A DNA stretch of 64,000 nucleotides from Octopus vulgaris (taxonomy: Eukaryota), in NCBI GenBank assembly GCA_951406725.2, contig OX597814.1, forward strand, positions 85,746,001-85,810,000, written 5' to 3'. Of the stretch, positions 37,738 to 51,550 are shown piece by piece. The position numbers and the translations under genes were made by a program. Numbering within the stretch: the first letter of the stretch is position 1; every line of letters begins with the position of its first letter. A model generated the notes under the pieces. The model worked only from the letters and a program-made list of their open reading frames with translations, made no database searches and had not been told where the DNA came from.

Positions 37738-39064
37738 TACACATATATATATATATACTTATATATGTATATACATAATTGTATATACGTACAAACATAT
37801 TTGTGTGGTTATATGTATGCATGTGGCTAATAATAACGTAAGTCGACATGTGTGTTATGAAAACATTTTAATAAATAATTGCATTATTGCATTTCATCAT
37901 CATCATCATCATCGTCGTCGTCGTAGTCGTCATCGTCGACATCATCATCATCAACGCCATTATCATTATCGCCATCACCGTCGTCGTCGCCGTTGTCATT
38001 GTCTTACTAATTGAAAAATAAGTGTAAAGAAACGTATAGGAAATCAATGGAGTCAGACTGGCCGAGTCGGTTTTCGTATATTCCTTCGTTAGTTAAGTTC
38101 ATTGCATTTTTCTTCGCAAATTTCCTTATTCATATCTTATTCTCTTCAGTGAAATGCCATTTATTATTCATTTACATCTCACTGTCATGCTGCTGTCCGA
38201 TCGATTGACATTAGCTATGAGACTAATCAAAACCCCTGTTTACACCAGTTGTAGTCTATCAACTAACAAGCTAGAGAATCTATCTACATCAACATAATAA
38301 CCGACACAAGCTTTTTGGCAAGAAGCTAAGATCATGACATTAAATTATTTAACAGTCTTGGGAAATTGTACGCAAGGCAAATCAGTATTTCCTTGCCCGA
38401 TTAAAAGATACGGCTGGAAAAAGTTCTCACGGCAAAACTGAATTCTTCCTTAACAACTGTCAGAAATATTGATAGCTTTATGACGTGACTAAACATCTGG
38501 AAATGGTTTGGAACAAAGCCGAGGAATATTTGCATATTCAAATGGAAAACTGTTCGACTAGCTAATTAAAGCTGAGTTGACTGTAGATGATTCGCAATTG
38601 TAAGTTTGGAATGGAAATAGCTATTTAGTTGTCGTTGCTGACCTGAACAAGCTCAATAATCGACTTCATTACTCATTTTATTCCAGTTTCTCCTATCTAT
38701 ATCTGCTTTTATGCTAATAACTCTAACGGGGATATCAAACTGTACAAACTAGAAATAAGACCTGCAGCTTTGTAACAAATGTACTAAAACCTAATTTCTT
38801 GAGACGATGTAAGGTTAAAGCCAAAACCACGACCTGTTTAAAATGGCCGACATTTCTGTTGGTTGGACAAAAGGAATTTGTGGTGGTAATTATTACGCTA
38901 ATCATTATTTTTTAAACTTTTGTGTTATAAGATAGAACACAAACTGCTAGAAATAGCAACTAAATTTTTTACCCAAATCACATCTTAACTCTAACTTTAA
39001 TCATTTTAAAAAGAATAAAATCAGGTCATTGGGTAATACAATCACATATGATATTCACTAATCC

Positions 39065-39272
39065 TTTCAGGCACAAAGTTTGAAATTAGGTGCAAGATAG
39101 GTAGTCGATTACATCAACGCCAGTGCTTAACTGGTACTTATTTTATTGATCTCGAAAGGATGAAAAGCAAAGATGACTCAGGCGGAACTTGAACTACAAA
39201 CGTAAAGTCGGAAGAAATGCCGTTAAACATTTTGTCCTACGTGCTAGCAGTTTTGCGAACCCATTGCCTTCA
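39065..39272 (-). mobile_element. SINE family B
   Basis: Inverse match, diverged. Confidence 0.8.
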
Positions 39273-39775
39273 CAACATTCACTAATACTATTTTAATTCA
39301 ATCAAACTAGTAAGAGAAATGATAGAACATGATTTAGAGAGTCAGGTTCCTATAAGCATGCCATGAAGAATCTCTATAAACATTTGTTTATTAATACGTT
39401 TACGATATTTTGATATGTCCGAGATATGAGAACAGAGGAAACGCAATTGCTGATAAGCGTACAAATACATATGGTTGGCAGTGAATCCATGCCGTTCCAA
39501 GTCCCAACGAGGCCGAAATGCTTCTGGCGTTCTCGTCAGCCGCTTACTGGAACGATTTTCCTCTCCTTCCTATACATATATTATTATTAAACACAGCACG
39601 CCCAAAAGACTGTTACCTCTGGACAATTACCGCAAGACATTGCTTTTTCAACGTTATATTCACATAGCTAAGCTTCATTCATTTAAAAATTTCAAGACTC
39701 TAAACTGACTAATGATTAACATTTTATGATGATTTATGCAAAACTATCAGTCAAGTTTGATTCACTTCTTGTTAT

Positions 39776-40075
39776 ATCCAGAAAACGGAGAAGTATAGTT
39801 AATATAATTTATTAACTACAAAAATTCAACGTGTTTCCTTACAGTTGTTTCGATTTTACCCAAACGAATTAAATTCCAGTAATTAAAACATTGGGGGGGG
39901 GGGGGATCTCGTCAGAGAAGTAAAAAAGTAAAATCTTTTTTACATTTTTACTCCTCTGACGAGAAATTTAATTCGTTTGGGCAAAATTTAAATAGCTATA
40001 AGGGAACACGTTAAATTCATGCAGTTAATAAATTATATTAACACTACTTCTCCATTTTCTGGATTTTAATTTGAA
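39776..40075. mobile_element. Small head-to-head inverted Penelope-like tail with HHR
   Basis: Arms 39776-39927 and ~39945-40065. Minus strand reads ttct CTGACGA GAT..ATC GAAA CAACTG TA aggaa (39835-39920). The plus arm is degenerate and ends ttctccattttc. Confidence 0.7.
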
Positions 40076-41173
40076 TATTTATATACAAAGTTTTATACTT
40101 AAACCTATTATTTTAGGAATATTACTATTCACAACAAAATAATAGGTAGCTAACCAGTAACCCATTGAATATTTTCTATCCCTTGAAGTGGTTATTTTAA
40201 CCTCTATTTAAACTTATAAACTATTCAATTCTTATTACTTATAAAAACCTTCTAGAATCAAGTCAACGATAGAGCTTCTATGTGGCCGCACGACCTGCTA
40301 GAAATAGCAAATAAATTTCCTTCGAATGACACCTTACTATCTTAAAAAGAGTAAAAGCAAGACAGGACATTGGATAATACAGTCCCACATGACCGTAAAA
40401 AGTTGAGTTGACCACAGATGGTATGCCTTTAAGCTTCTAAATCGAATGATCACGTAGAGGTTCCTTTATCAACAAAATACCAATTTCCTAATGCAATAAA
40501 CTGTAGACCCCTAATGTTGTTAAAGTGCTTATTGATATATTTATATGTATACACATAGATATATCAGTAAACATTTTAAATACGTTTGGAGCTTTATGTC
40601 TATGACAGTAGTCAAATGAACCATACTCTTAAAAAAGTATGTTCAAATGCATCTAAGCACTATCGCGCACATGTCCACACATTTAGTACAGAGACGATGA
40701 CCACTATAAAACCATCTTCATTTCTCTATTATTCCCACTTAAAACAATCAGGAGAAAGATATTCTTCATACACCAAATATCTGCGACTTCAATTTTCTCT
40801 CAAATATTGTAAATACAGATGAATTTAAGGCACTAGAGCCTTTTTAATGGTTTTGGTCATTCGACTGTGGCCAATAAAAAAATTGGTCTCACAAATCGAC
40901 CCCAGTACTTACGTTTTTAAGCAAGATATTATTCTATCGGTCTTTTATGCTGAACCGCTATATTACTGGAACCTAAATTTGCGAACGCTGATCGGCAAGT
41001 TGTAGTGGGGAACAAGGTGCAATCATGACATAAACACTAAAAGACACATAAACATATGCATACACACACACACATACATACGCATACATTTGTGTGTGTG
41101 TTTGTGTGTGTGTTTGTGTGTGTATGTGTATGTGTGTGTGCGCGCGCGCGTGCGTGTGTGTGTGTGTGTGTGT

Positions 41174-41478
41174 ATTCTGTAAATAATAATAAAAGTATTT
41201 TATAAGCTTAAAGCTTACAAGTGATCGCTGCGCAATGAGTAAAAAAAATAGTCTAATAATGTGACATATAAGCTCTCGACAGAAAAAAGTAGTTTTCCCG
41301 TATGCGTGGGTCACGTAAACAAAGAGGTGTGGGTTCGCGTCCTACACGTACGGGAAAACCTACTTTTTTCTCTCGAGAGCTTATACGCCCCATTATTAGA
41401 CTATTTTCTTTAGTCATTACGCGACGATCGCTTATAAGCTTTAAGCTTATAAAATACTATTATCATTATTTGCAGAAT
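41174..41478. mobile_element. Foldback/MITE-like inverted repeat (~140-bp arms)
   Basis: attctgtaaataataat..gttttcccgta is the inverse of tacgggaaaacc..attatttgcagaat. Confidence 0.75.
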
Positions 41479-41530
41479 TGTAAAAATCGACACTGCTTAA
41501 CAAAACCATTGTGTATATATATATATATAT

Positions 41531-41712
41531 TATTGTTGGCATCCTTTTTGTCTCGGGAAACAATGGAGTTGCGCATAAAATAGTCCAGTCCAGCTTTTAC
41601 ATTTCATGTCCTGATACATTTCCTGCTGTGGTTGTGTAGTCCTATCCTGGACAAACACTCCCTCTGGCAGGTACCGCAAATGTAGCGAAGACTGTTCTGG
41701 TTGTAATGTCAG
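41531..41712 (-). mobile_element. RTE-like LINE extreme 3' end, in (TA)n
   Basis: Minus-strand frame YICGTCQRECLSRIGLHNHSRKC (C-terminal zinc finger of RTE/BovB-like ORFs), then a short 3' UTR. Confidence 0.8.
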
Positions 41713-41792
41713 TATATATATATATATATATATATATAATGGTTTTGTTATATATATACATGCATAGATACATACATACATGTGTGTGTGTT

Positions 41793-42228
41793 CAGGAGTG
41801 GCTCTGTGGTAAGTAGCCTGCTTACCAACCAAATGGCTCCGGGTTCAGCCTCACTGTGTGGCACCTTGGGCAAATGTCTTCTACTATAGCCTCGGTTCAA
41901 TCAATGCCTTGTGAGTGAATTTGGTAGACGGAAACTAAAAGAAGCCTGTCGTATATATGTGTGTGTATGTGTGTGTGTGTGTGTGTGTGTGCGTGTGTGT
42001 GTGTATGTGTGTGTTTGTGTGTGTTTGTGTGTCTGTGTTTGTCCTCCCACCATCACCTGACAGCCGATGTTGGTGTGTATACGTCCCCATAACTTAGCAA
42101 TTCGGCAAAAGTGTCCGATAGAATAAGTACAAGGCTTACAAAAAATAAATCCTGAGGTTGATTTGTTCGATTAAAAGGCGGCGCTCCAACATGGCCGCAG
42201 TCAAATGACTGAAACAAATAAAAGAATA
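41793..42228 (+). mobile_element. SINE family A, near full-length
   Basis: Head caggagtggctctgtggtaag..gggttcagcc, then ggcaccttgggcaaatg (CORE-like), a (TG)n spacer and an aaagaata tail. Confidence 0.9.
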
Positions 42229-42276
42229 TATATGTATATATGTGTATGTATGTATGTATGTATGTAATACATTTTA

Positions 42277-42790
42277 TGTCAGGTCACCTTCGAGTGCTAC
42301 TGGTAACATGTAACCCAGTACAACCTGTTGCATGGTCGGATCGTCGGCGACTAAACCGGCGACCCCACCTAGCTTGCTTGGTAAGGAGGGTGTTTATTGG
42401 ACACCCTGCGGGATGAAAAACAAAACCCGTCAAAGGGCGGAGGACCTCTTGAGAGTCAACGGCCATCCAATAAATGTTAGCACGGGTACGTAGAAATTCC
42501 GGGGTGGTGTCCGGCGTGCTGAAAGACCTCTGGGAGTGAGGCGCCCCTCAGCTTTTGCTAAAGCACGTCTCTAGGAGAAGGTCACTCTGATATAAAACCA
42601 GATATACAGGGAATGGCATTGAATATTTTGGGGATCTTTGGTTTGTGCTAGAGATCACGGCGCTCCCACATCCCTGAGCCTGCGACTCATATTGGCACCA
42701 GGCATCTTGCTCCGGCTTGTCTCTGGATAATGTCAATAGAGTGGAGAGGGTCTATGAGGTGTTGTGCAAGCCTTATTGGACCTAAAACTC
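42277..42790 (+). mobile_element. Probable LINE (RTE-like) 5' UTR fragment
   Basis: GC-rich structured segment with ctaggagaaggtcactctgatataaaacc, recalled as similar to RTE 5' UTR motifs. No ORF support. Confidence 0.4.
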
Positions 42791-42889
42791 TGCACAAGCA
42801 TTGCCGACCTTTTTTTTTTTTCCCTATATATATCTATCTTATTTTTAGTATATATTTTCTTCGTTTTTAGTATATATATATTTTTTTTA

Positions 42890-44262
42890 TTCGGAAGTCC
42901 TGCGGCGATGGGAAGGTGGTGAAGCATGCAGACCTGACGGGTTGGAAGCATGTAGTCAGCGACCTGCAGGTAGGCGGCCCATGCTAGATATAAAGCCGTC
43001 TCTTTGTCGCCCAAGACAGCGGTAGGATTCGGTTGCTGCATGGGTGTCTGAGCAGCTCCATTTGGAGAGGGCACTGCTCACCCGAAGACCGAGGAGGTTC
43101 TAGAAAAGGTGAACCAAAAATTGCCTGTCTTTCCATATCTGGTCAGTTTAGCGCGACTGACGGATGTCCACTCTGCGCTCGAAAAACAAAGAGTCTTTTA
43201 TCTATAAAATCTGGACGGAACTTAAACATTTCATGTTGGAATGTGCGTACTCTGTTGGACAACAAGAATAATTGCAGGCCTGAAAGACGCACTTGCACTT
43301 GTTGCTCGTGAGCTGAACCGTTATAAAATTGATATAGCTGCACTCTCAGAGACTCGTATAGAAGGTGATGGTCAGCTTGAGGAAGTAGGAGGCAGATACA
43401 CCTTTTTTTGGAAAGGAAGTCTAGCACTTGCCCACTATAACAGTGTAAAATCACTACTGCAGCGATCTCTCAGGAAGATGCAGAACACTTGGTGGGAGGA
43501 TCTTGCTCGTGATGTTTAGGCTGCTGCTGATGCAGATGACAGCAAGAAGCTTTACCATCTTATGAAGCGAGCTTATGGACCTAAGAGCTCCACATCAGCT
43601 CCTTTGCTTTCCAAGGAGTCTTCCACTCTGTTTACTAAATCAACAGAAATCACAGGTCGCTGGATCGAACACTTCTCTGAACTCCTAAACCATGAGTCAG
43701 TTGTGGATGAAACAGTGATTGATACTATGAAACAAAGACCTATCATTGACTCCTTAGACTCCTCGCCATCAATACATGAAGTAATGACATCAATAAGTAA
43801 ATTGAATCTTGGTAGGGCACCTGGAAAGGATGGAATTTGTGCTGAGGTCTTGCGATTTGGTGGTAATTGCATCACACAGTCCCTTCATGAACTTATTAGT
43901 GCAGTCTGGAGGGATGGTGCAATCCCTAAGGACTGGAAGGATGCAATTATTCTTCCTCTATATAAAGGAAAAGGAGCCAGAACAATGTGTGGTAACTACA
44001 GAGGTATTGCTCTACTATCAACTGCCGGCAAGGTTCTGGCAAATATTCTTCTTACCCGTCTAAATGGGTGTCTCGTAAATGATGTCCTATCTGAATCTCA
44101 ATGTGGCTTCCGATCTGGTAGAGGGACAATGGATATGATATGATTTTCACAGCAAGACAGATGCAGGAGAAGTGCTATGAGCAGAATATGGATCTTGTCC
44201 AGGTATTCATTAATTTAACTAAGGCCTTTGATACTGTAAATAGGGCCTTTCTATGGAAAAGG
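42890..44262 (+). mobile_element. RTE/BovB-like LINE, 5' part, internally deleted and 3'-truncated
   Basis: APE: NISCWNVRTLLD..RPERRT/ALVARELNRYKIDIAALSETR..YTFFWKG. A deletion follows, then the RT N-terminus: RWIEHFSELLN..KLNLGRAPGKDGI..WKDAIILPLYKGKG..GNYRGIALLS..SESQCGFRSGRGT. Confidence 0.92.
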
Positions 44263-45355
44263 CCCTATTTTAGGGTGATTGTCTTAACCTTCAGGAAATA
44301 GCAACTAAATTTCCCTCAAATTACACTGTGCTATCTTAGAAATTGATAATCTAATTCTGGATAATTTGATCCTGAGTTCTTTCCACCCAGGAAGGTAAGA
44401 ACAATACGTGATGGCCATGGTTACAATACTTTTGATAATGTTTGCTCCATCGGGACTGATCCGGTGCTAAACAGCATCTGCGAAATCGTACCCCAAATAA
44501 CATATACACATTAATTGTCGTGCTACTTAGTTTCCTACAGCATCCAACATTATCCACCTATCATTGACACACCCAAGCTTTATACATGGCACCAAACAAT
44601 ATCACGAAATACAGTAACGCGGCACCCTATCAAATATATCCACACTGCCATACTTCGACCATAGCCACACTTATTTTAATACATAGCTGCCGGCTACCCA
44701 ATCTGGTCATGTTTACAGCAGCTTGACTGGTTGATCAGGCTAGAAACCAAGATGTCTGATATGGAGTATAGATCGAATCTATATGTTCGATCAATAAAGA
44801 CTGACTGGGTGCTCAACAAGAATAGCGACAACAATAACAACAACGAGGACATTGAAATTAAAACAGTCACCAGCTCTAACCTTCAAAACAACCTCCGCCA
44901 AAAACAATACCAAAAATCCTACCCTCTTCACAACTAAGCACTCTAATCCTCATTATCAACACTTCTATCGGTACTACCACTACAACTACTACCACTAATA
45001 CCTACACCTTCACCCCCATTTGATACCCGCCAGAATTGTCTGACAATGCTCTGATATCCCTTTGATCTGCTACCGCAGTCAGTACTCTACGCCCTCAAGG
45101 CGAAACAACAGAGAAGAGTGGGTTAAATAAGTCGTTTTCTTCTCCTTTTGTTCCTTCAACACAGCATCCTTTGAATCGCAGATTGCACAAGATAAGGAAC
45201 CAGGGTAGATGCTTCATAATATGAAAATGTCCTGCATCCATTATTACAAAGAAGCTCCGGATGATCCATCACGAATAGGATACGGCAGAACACTAAAAAC
45301 CAGCATCATGACACATTAACACAATAATAAAACTATGTATACCACCACCACTACC

Positions 45356-45387
<32 letters not shown>

Positions 45388-45752
45388 CTACAGCCTATAT
45401 GCGTAGCTCGTTCTCTTAGAATTAGCCTGCAATCTACTTCAAATCACACCCTAACAACTTAAATTCTTAAAGAAACGTTGGATAACGTAATCGCAAATAT
45501 ATATGTATGCGTAACACACACATGTATATGTAAGTATGTACGTATACATTCATAGATACACACATATATAAACATACACACACACACACACACACAAACA
45601 TACATATACACATATGTGTGCATATGTATTTATGCATAAATGTATATTTACATGCATAGATACCTCGAACACACACATATAAACATATATATATGTATAA
45701 TTTTTATATATAAATGTGTGTGTGTATATATATACATACATACATACATACA

Positions 45753-45824
<72 letters not shown>

Positions 45825-46277
45825 CTTGGAAAAAAAACATGATAATCATGGCTGAAAAATCTTCGTTTATAGGTTTGTTTGATACGAGATGACAGCGGGT
45901 GGGGTGGGGTGGGGGCGGGGGCTGACCTTTACACATAATCAACAACAACTGTGTCGTCAGGTTACATAGAACAAATATAATATCTTCACACACTCTTAAA
46001 CACCATCATTGAGGAGATTACAATTCATACAAAATATCCTGGTACATAGACAATTCAGCTAACACAAGCTAACTTCATTTATATCCTCAATAGCTACGCC
46101 TACGCTATAACCAACACACCTGCATATGTCAGGAAGCTATTTAAAATGACAAACTACTCTCCTGACGTCACTTATTGCTTTGCATTCCAAATTACCCTAA
46201 CCATTTGACAAATAATCCTCAGTTCAACTCAAACCATCTCCCCATCATCATGTTACATTTTAATATTTCACTTACGT

Positions 46278-46497
46278 TAAGGTGATGAGCTGGAAGAATC
46301 GTTAGCACGCCGGACAAAATGCTTAGCGGCGTTTCATAGATCACTACGTTCTGAGTTCAAATTTTGTCTAGGTCGTCTTTGCTGTTCATCCTTTCTGAGT
46401 CGACAAAATAAATAGCAGTTGAACACTGGGGTCAATGTAATTGACTTTCCTCGCTCACCGAAATTGCTGGCCTTGTGCCAAAATTTGAAATCAGTAT
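46278..46497 (+). mobile_element. SINE family B
   Basis: aaggtgatgagctggaagaatcgttagcacgccgg..gagttcaaatt. Confidence 0.85.
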
Positions 46498-46538
46498 TTT
46501 GCTTAGGCATTGCGATACTAATAATTCGGTTTAGAATT

Positions 46539-46584
<46 letters not shown>

Positions 46585-46594
46585 AATTCAACAG

Positions 46595-46631
<37 letters not shown>

Positions 46632-46813
46632 ATTAGGGCTTAGTAAAATAAATTACTTTGCCACATACTGAACTTAGTAGAAATAGCAGCCAAAAAAAAA
46701 TTTTCTTAGCATTTCTACTACTTAAAGAAAATATCTCTCAGATAATGTTTACTCCAGACAGCTCACGAAGGTTTGGGGGTAAATACAGAAAAATATCACA
46801 AGTACATAGATCG

Positions 46814-46876
46814 TTTGAGTACGTCAACGTTTCAAGATTAGCCAAATAAAATCAGCATTTCTTTCGTCAGCTCAAA
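46814..46876 (-). ncRNA. Type I hammerhead ribozyme, minus copy
   Basis: Reverse complement of 47548-47610. Confidence 0.88.
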
Positions 46877-47547
46877 ATTTCTTAATTTGGATTTGGGAAC
46901 ACTAAAAAGAAGGAACTTTACCTATCAGCGAACTTGTCGCTTCAGATGAACCACTCCAACTAAACAGTGTCAACAAATTCAAAATGCGCAGGCGTAAAAT
47001 TCTGCACTCCCCATTCCACCCACGTGGTCTATCTAGCAAACATCATATTTTAACCGCGAGAACCGAGGCAGTATGACCGAGAGAAATGAATTATAATATC
47101 AACAATTGAGGGTAAAATTAATTAATTAATCAATTTCACCAAGTGTTCAGTATGTAAAAGGACCATTTAAGGCGAATTCAAAATATTACATTATATAATT
47201 AGGGCTTAGTAAAATAAATTAATTTGCCACATACTGAACTTAGTAGAAATAGCAGCCAAAAAAAATTTTCTTACTGAACACTTGGTGAAATTGATTAATT
47301 AATTAATTTTACCCTCAATTGTTGATATTATAATTCATTTCTCTCGGTCATACTGCCTCGGTTCTCGCGGTTAAAATATGATGTTTGCTAGATAGACCAC
47401 GTGGGTGGAATGGGGAGTGCAGAATTTTACGCCTGCGCATTTTGAATTTGTTGACACTGTTTAGTTGGAGTGGTTCATCTGAAGCGACAAGTTCGCTGAT
47501 AGGTAAAGTTCCTTCTTTTTAGTGTTCCCAAATCCAAATTAAGAAAT

Positions 47548-47610
47548 TTTGAGCTGACGAAAGAAATGCTGATTTTATTTGGCTAATCTTGAAACGTTGA
47601 CGTACTCAAA
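47548..47610 (+). ncRNA. Type I hammerhead ribozyme, canonical core
   Basis: tttgag CTGACGA AAGA aat GCTGA ttttat TTGGC taa TCTT GAAA CGT tg ACG TA ctcaaa: 6-bp stem I, GUA site. Confidence 0.9.
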
Positions 47611-47883
47611 CGATCTATGTACTTGTGATATTTTTCTGTATTTACCCCCAAACCTTCGTGAGCTGTCTGGAGTAAACATTATCTGAGAGAAATTTTCTTT
47701 AAGTAGTAGAAATGCTAAGAAAATTTTTTTTGGCTGCTATTTCTACTAAGTTCAGTATGTGGCAAAGTAATTTATTTTACTAAGCCCTAATTATATAATG
47801 TAATATTTTGAATTCGCCTTAAATGGTCCTTTTACTGAACACTTGGTGAAATTGATTAATTAATTAATTTTACCCTCAATTGT

Positions 47884-47945
<62 letters not shown>

Positions 47946-49154
47946 ATGTGTGTGTGTGTGTGTGTGTATATATACATAAATACATATATATATATATATA
48001 TATATATGCTTCAGACCATATATATAAGACACTGAGTTCTAGACTTGTTAAAAGCTAAGCTTCCCCCCACCCCCGGATCTTTACGTTCTGCTTTCAAATC
48101 CCGCCGTGTTCAACTTTTCTTTTCATGCTTGCAGCGTTCAGAAAATAAATGTCAAGTACGGTTTAACTGTTTGACTTCTCCGTCCCCATCCAAATCTGTG
48201 GTTTTATGTTTATGCGAGAAGTAATTACTTTCTGGTATTGTAGCAGCTAGCTTGCTTTACAGAAATATTCTTATCATGTTGCGTCAAGAAATGAGATTAA
48301 TCGATAACTTTATTAATAATCATTGCTGACCTCTTTATTATTAAGGCAATTAATAAGATTGGATTAGTTCCACTGTTTTCAATATCAGAGCTATGTACAC
48401 GGGCTAAATATGGTGATTAGGGAAAATGCAAAAGGCATCTACACACACAACTAACTCATCAACTCTGCAAACATCACAATGAGCATTGTTAAGCAAAACG
48501 TTTCATTGGTGCCGCAGCCGTGATGCAGGTTTGTGTCTGCGGTTTCGATTTCCGGGAACTGCGATGTGACTTTATTTATATTGTAAATACTCTTAGAAAA
48601 GTGACGGATATCAAGGCTTCTCGTTTCATTTTAAATTCAAATAAAAAGCCTCTGTGTCGTGTTAAAGGAGAAAGGAAATTCCACAAAAAGTGGCTGGTTA
48701 TTGTCTTCTTCTTCTTCCAATTAGGACTCACGCCATTATTCACAAAGAATAATCACTAATTTGACCCTCCCCGCCGGAGCCTCGTGGAGCTTGGGTGTTT
48801 TTGCTCAATAAACACTCACAAAAGGTTTGGGAATCGAAACCACGTTCTTATGACCGCGAGTCCGCTGCACTAACCACTGGGCCATTGCGCCTCCACGCTG
48901 GTTGTTGCTATTACAGCAGCTGTAGTTGCAATTGCAGTTATTGTAGCGCTGGCGTTGCTGCTGTTGCTGCTGCTGTTATTGTTGTTGTTTGTTAGCTTCG
49001 AGTCAACCCCTGAACCGATGTCCGTCGTGGCCATCTTGTCTTCTTTTTGTTTCCAGGCATAGTGTACCGTGGAAAACATTATTCAATTTGCCTTGCTTTT
49101 CTTTTAAGACAGAAGGGTGCGATATGCGAATTAGATTATCTTTTATTTTCTATC

Positions 49155-49585
49155 TTCTATCTTTTACTTGTTTCAGCCATTAGGCTGCGGCCATGCTGGA
49201 ACACAGCTATGAAGAATTTTTAGTTGAATGAATCGACCTCAGTACTCATTTTCTTTAGGCCTAGTACCCATTCTATCAGTCTATTTTGCCGAACCACTAA
49301 TTACAGGGACGTACACACACCAACACTGGTTGTCAAGCTGTGGTAGAGGACAAACACAGACACAAAAACATGCAAACACACGCACACAAACACACGCACA
49401 CAAACACACAGACACATTTACAATTGGCTTCTTTCAGTTTCCATCTACCAAATCCTCTCACAAGGTTTTGGTCGCCCCGAGGCTATGGTAGAAGACACTT
49501 GCCCGAGATGCCATGCATGAGAGCTGAACTCAGAACTAAACGCTTGGGAAGCAAGCCTTTTACCACACAGCAACGCCTGCACCTA
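49155..49585 (-). mobile_element. SINE family A
   Basis: Inverse match to 41793-42228. Confidence 0.85.
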
Positions 49586-50094
49586 TTAGGCTACTATTTC
49601 CTGCAAGTCGAGGAACAGTTAGCGGTTTCTTCATTGGCTGATACTTAGCACACGTGAGAGGAGATAAAGTGGGTTTGGGAGTGGTATGAGACTGCCTGCG
49701 GTAATTATTTAAGTTAAAATGACACTTAGACTATTTTTTAAGTTTCTTGAGATTCAAATCACAAGACTATATACACACACAAACACGCACCTATATAAGT
49801 ACACACAGACAGACACACACACACAAACACGCACCTATATAAGTACACACACACACACACACACAAACACGCACCTATATAAGTACACACACACACACAC
49901 ACAAGCACGCAAACACACACACACGCATGCAAGCATGCGCGCCCACACTTGCATAAATAAGAGGTTTAAGTGACAGACAGATGGACAGATAAATGTGCTG
50001 ATAAAGGCAGTTACAAGAGGGGAAAGCAGGTAGACAGACTGACCGAAAGGCTGATCGACAAACAGACAGACAGACAGACAGACAGGTAGGTAGG

Positions 50095-50161
<67 letters not shown>

Positions 50162-50209
50162 TGATAGATACACAAGTGTACGTGCGTGGCGTTCAAATAT
50201 ATAATAATA

Positions 50210-51059
50210 CTAGCAGTATAGCTCGGCGTTGCTCGGGTTTGTTTTTTAGTTGCGCTTAAAACGGCAGACTTTGATGTCACGTTAACAAAGTTTTGACAGT
50301 TTCAAACTATGAATAAAAGTATAGTAGGCGATGCTCCAGTTTGCTCTGAATGTACTGCAAATGTGTAATGCCGACTTCAATTGTTGGTATTGTTGGTTAA
50401 TATTCCTTCTATTAACATTATGGAGAAAAAATTTACCCGTAGGTTTAAAGCTAAGTGAAGCTCAAGTTTCGAACTGCACTGAAAAATCTATTAAGAAGTT
50501 AACACTGCAACAGTATTCATTAAGAAAAAGTACAGGAAAATCCAAAACGTTAGTAAGAGCAGTTTGTGGTTACAAAAACAAAAACAACAAAAAATGTTAT
50601 TTTGAAGCCAAACGGGTGGGCAACATGAATCGTGGTTGTACCTGTAAAATGAATAAAATCGACTATTTTACATCACGTATAACTAAAAAAAATCTGTAAA
50701 ATCAAAACATACCCATTGAAGGTTTCATTTGAACATCGCAGATAGTAACATCATGCAGATCGCATTATTTTCTGGTTGAAATACACCGAAAAATGGCGAC
50801 ACAGTAGTCAAAAAATCGTAAAAAATAGGGATTTTCATAGAAAAAAAGAACCTTTTTGGTGTAAATAATTTTTGGTCTTAACATGGTTCAATTTGAATTT
50901 TTTCTTCTACGGAATGAAGAGCAAGCCTTCTATCATACTCTTGATTTTGGTCAACTCGCGCCGCAGGGTCTCGGAGGAGATAGTGTTAGTTGAAGGCTAC
51001 CAAGCCTGCCACACACACACACACACACACATAGACAACTTCAGCTTTATATATATAGA
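50210..51059 (-). mobile_element. Non-autonomous Helitron, 850 bp
   Basis: A|CTAGcagtatagctcggcgttgctcggg (3' end) and acaacttcagctttatatatataGA|T (5' end); termini match 10787-11152. Confidence 0.85.
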
Positions 51060-51189
51060 TAAATAAAATATATATAGGCATATATACATACATACATGAA
51101 CATACTGACATATATATACATATATATGTCAGTATGTACATATATTTATGTATGTATATATGCCTATATATATATATATATATATTATT

Positions 51190-51550
51190 TATGAAAGGCG
51201 AATTCAATCTCGGCAGATTTTAAACTCAGAACGTAAAGACGGACTAAATGATACTAAGCACTTTGTCCGGCATGCTAAAGATTCTGCCAGCTCGCCGCCT
51301 TGTGACCGTACTTCATATTTAAGTATCAGTAAGACGGCAAGCTGGCAGAATGGTTATCACGCCGGGCGAACTACATAGCAGCATTTAGTCCGTCATTACG
51401 TTTTCAGTTCGAATTCCGCCGTGATCGACTTTGCCTGTCGTCCTTTAGGCGTCGATAAAATAAGTACCAGTTGATCATTGGAGTCGATGTAATCGACATA
51501 CGTCCTCCCGTGGAATTGCTGGCCTTGTGCCAAAACGTGAAACCAATATT
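51190..51550. mobile_element. Two SINE family B copies, head-to-head
   Basis: Minus copy 51190-51301 and plus copy 51331-51550. Confidence 0.8.

Larger units (their letters stand above)
46626..47888. mobile_element. Retrozyme-like element: 566-bp monomer, two terminally redundant copies head-to-head in (TA)n
   Basis: aattagggcttag at 46631 and 47197. 47273-47888 is the near-identical reverse complement, with a different circular permutation. Confidence 0.88.

Noticed and set aside
42277-43130. HDV-like ribozyme at RTE 5' ends
   Set aside because: Expected from family knowledge, but I could not build a convincing nested double pseudoknot by eye; needs an RNAMotif/Infernal search.
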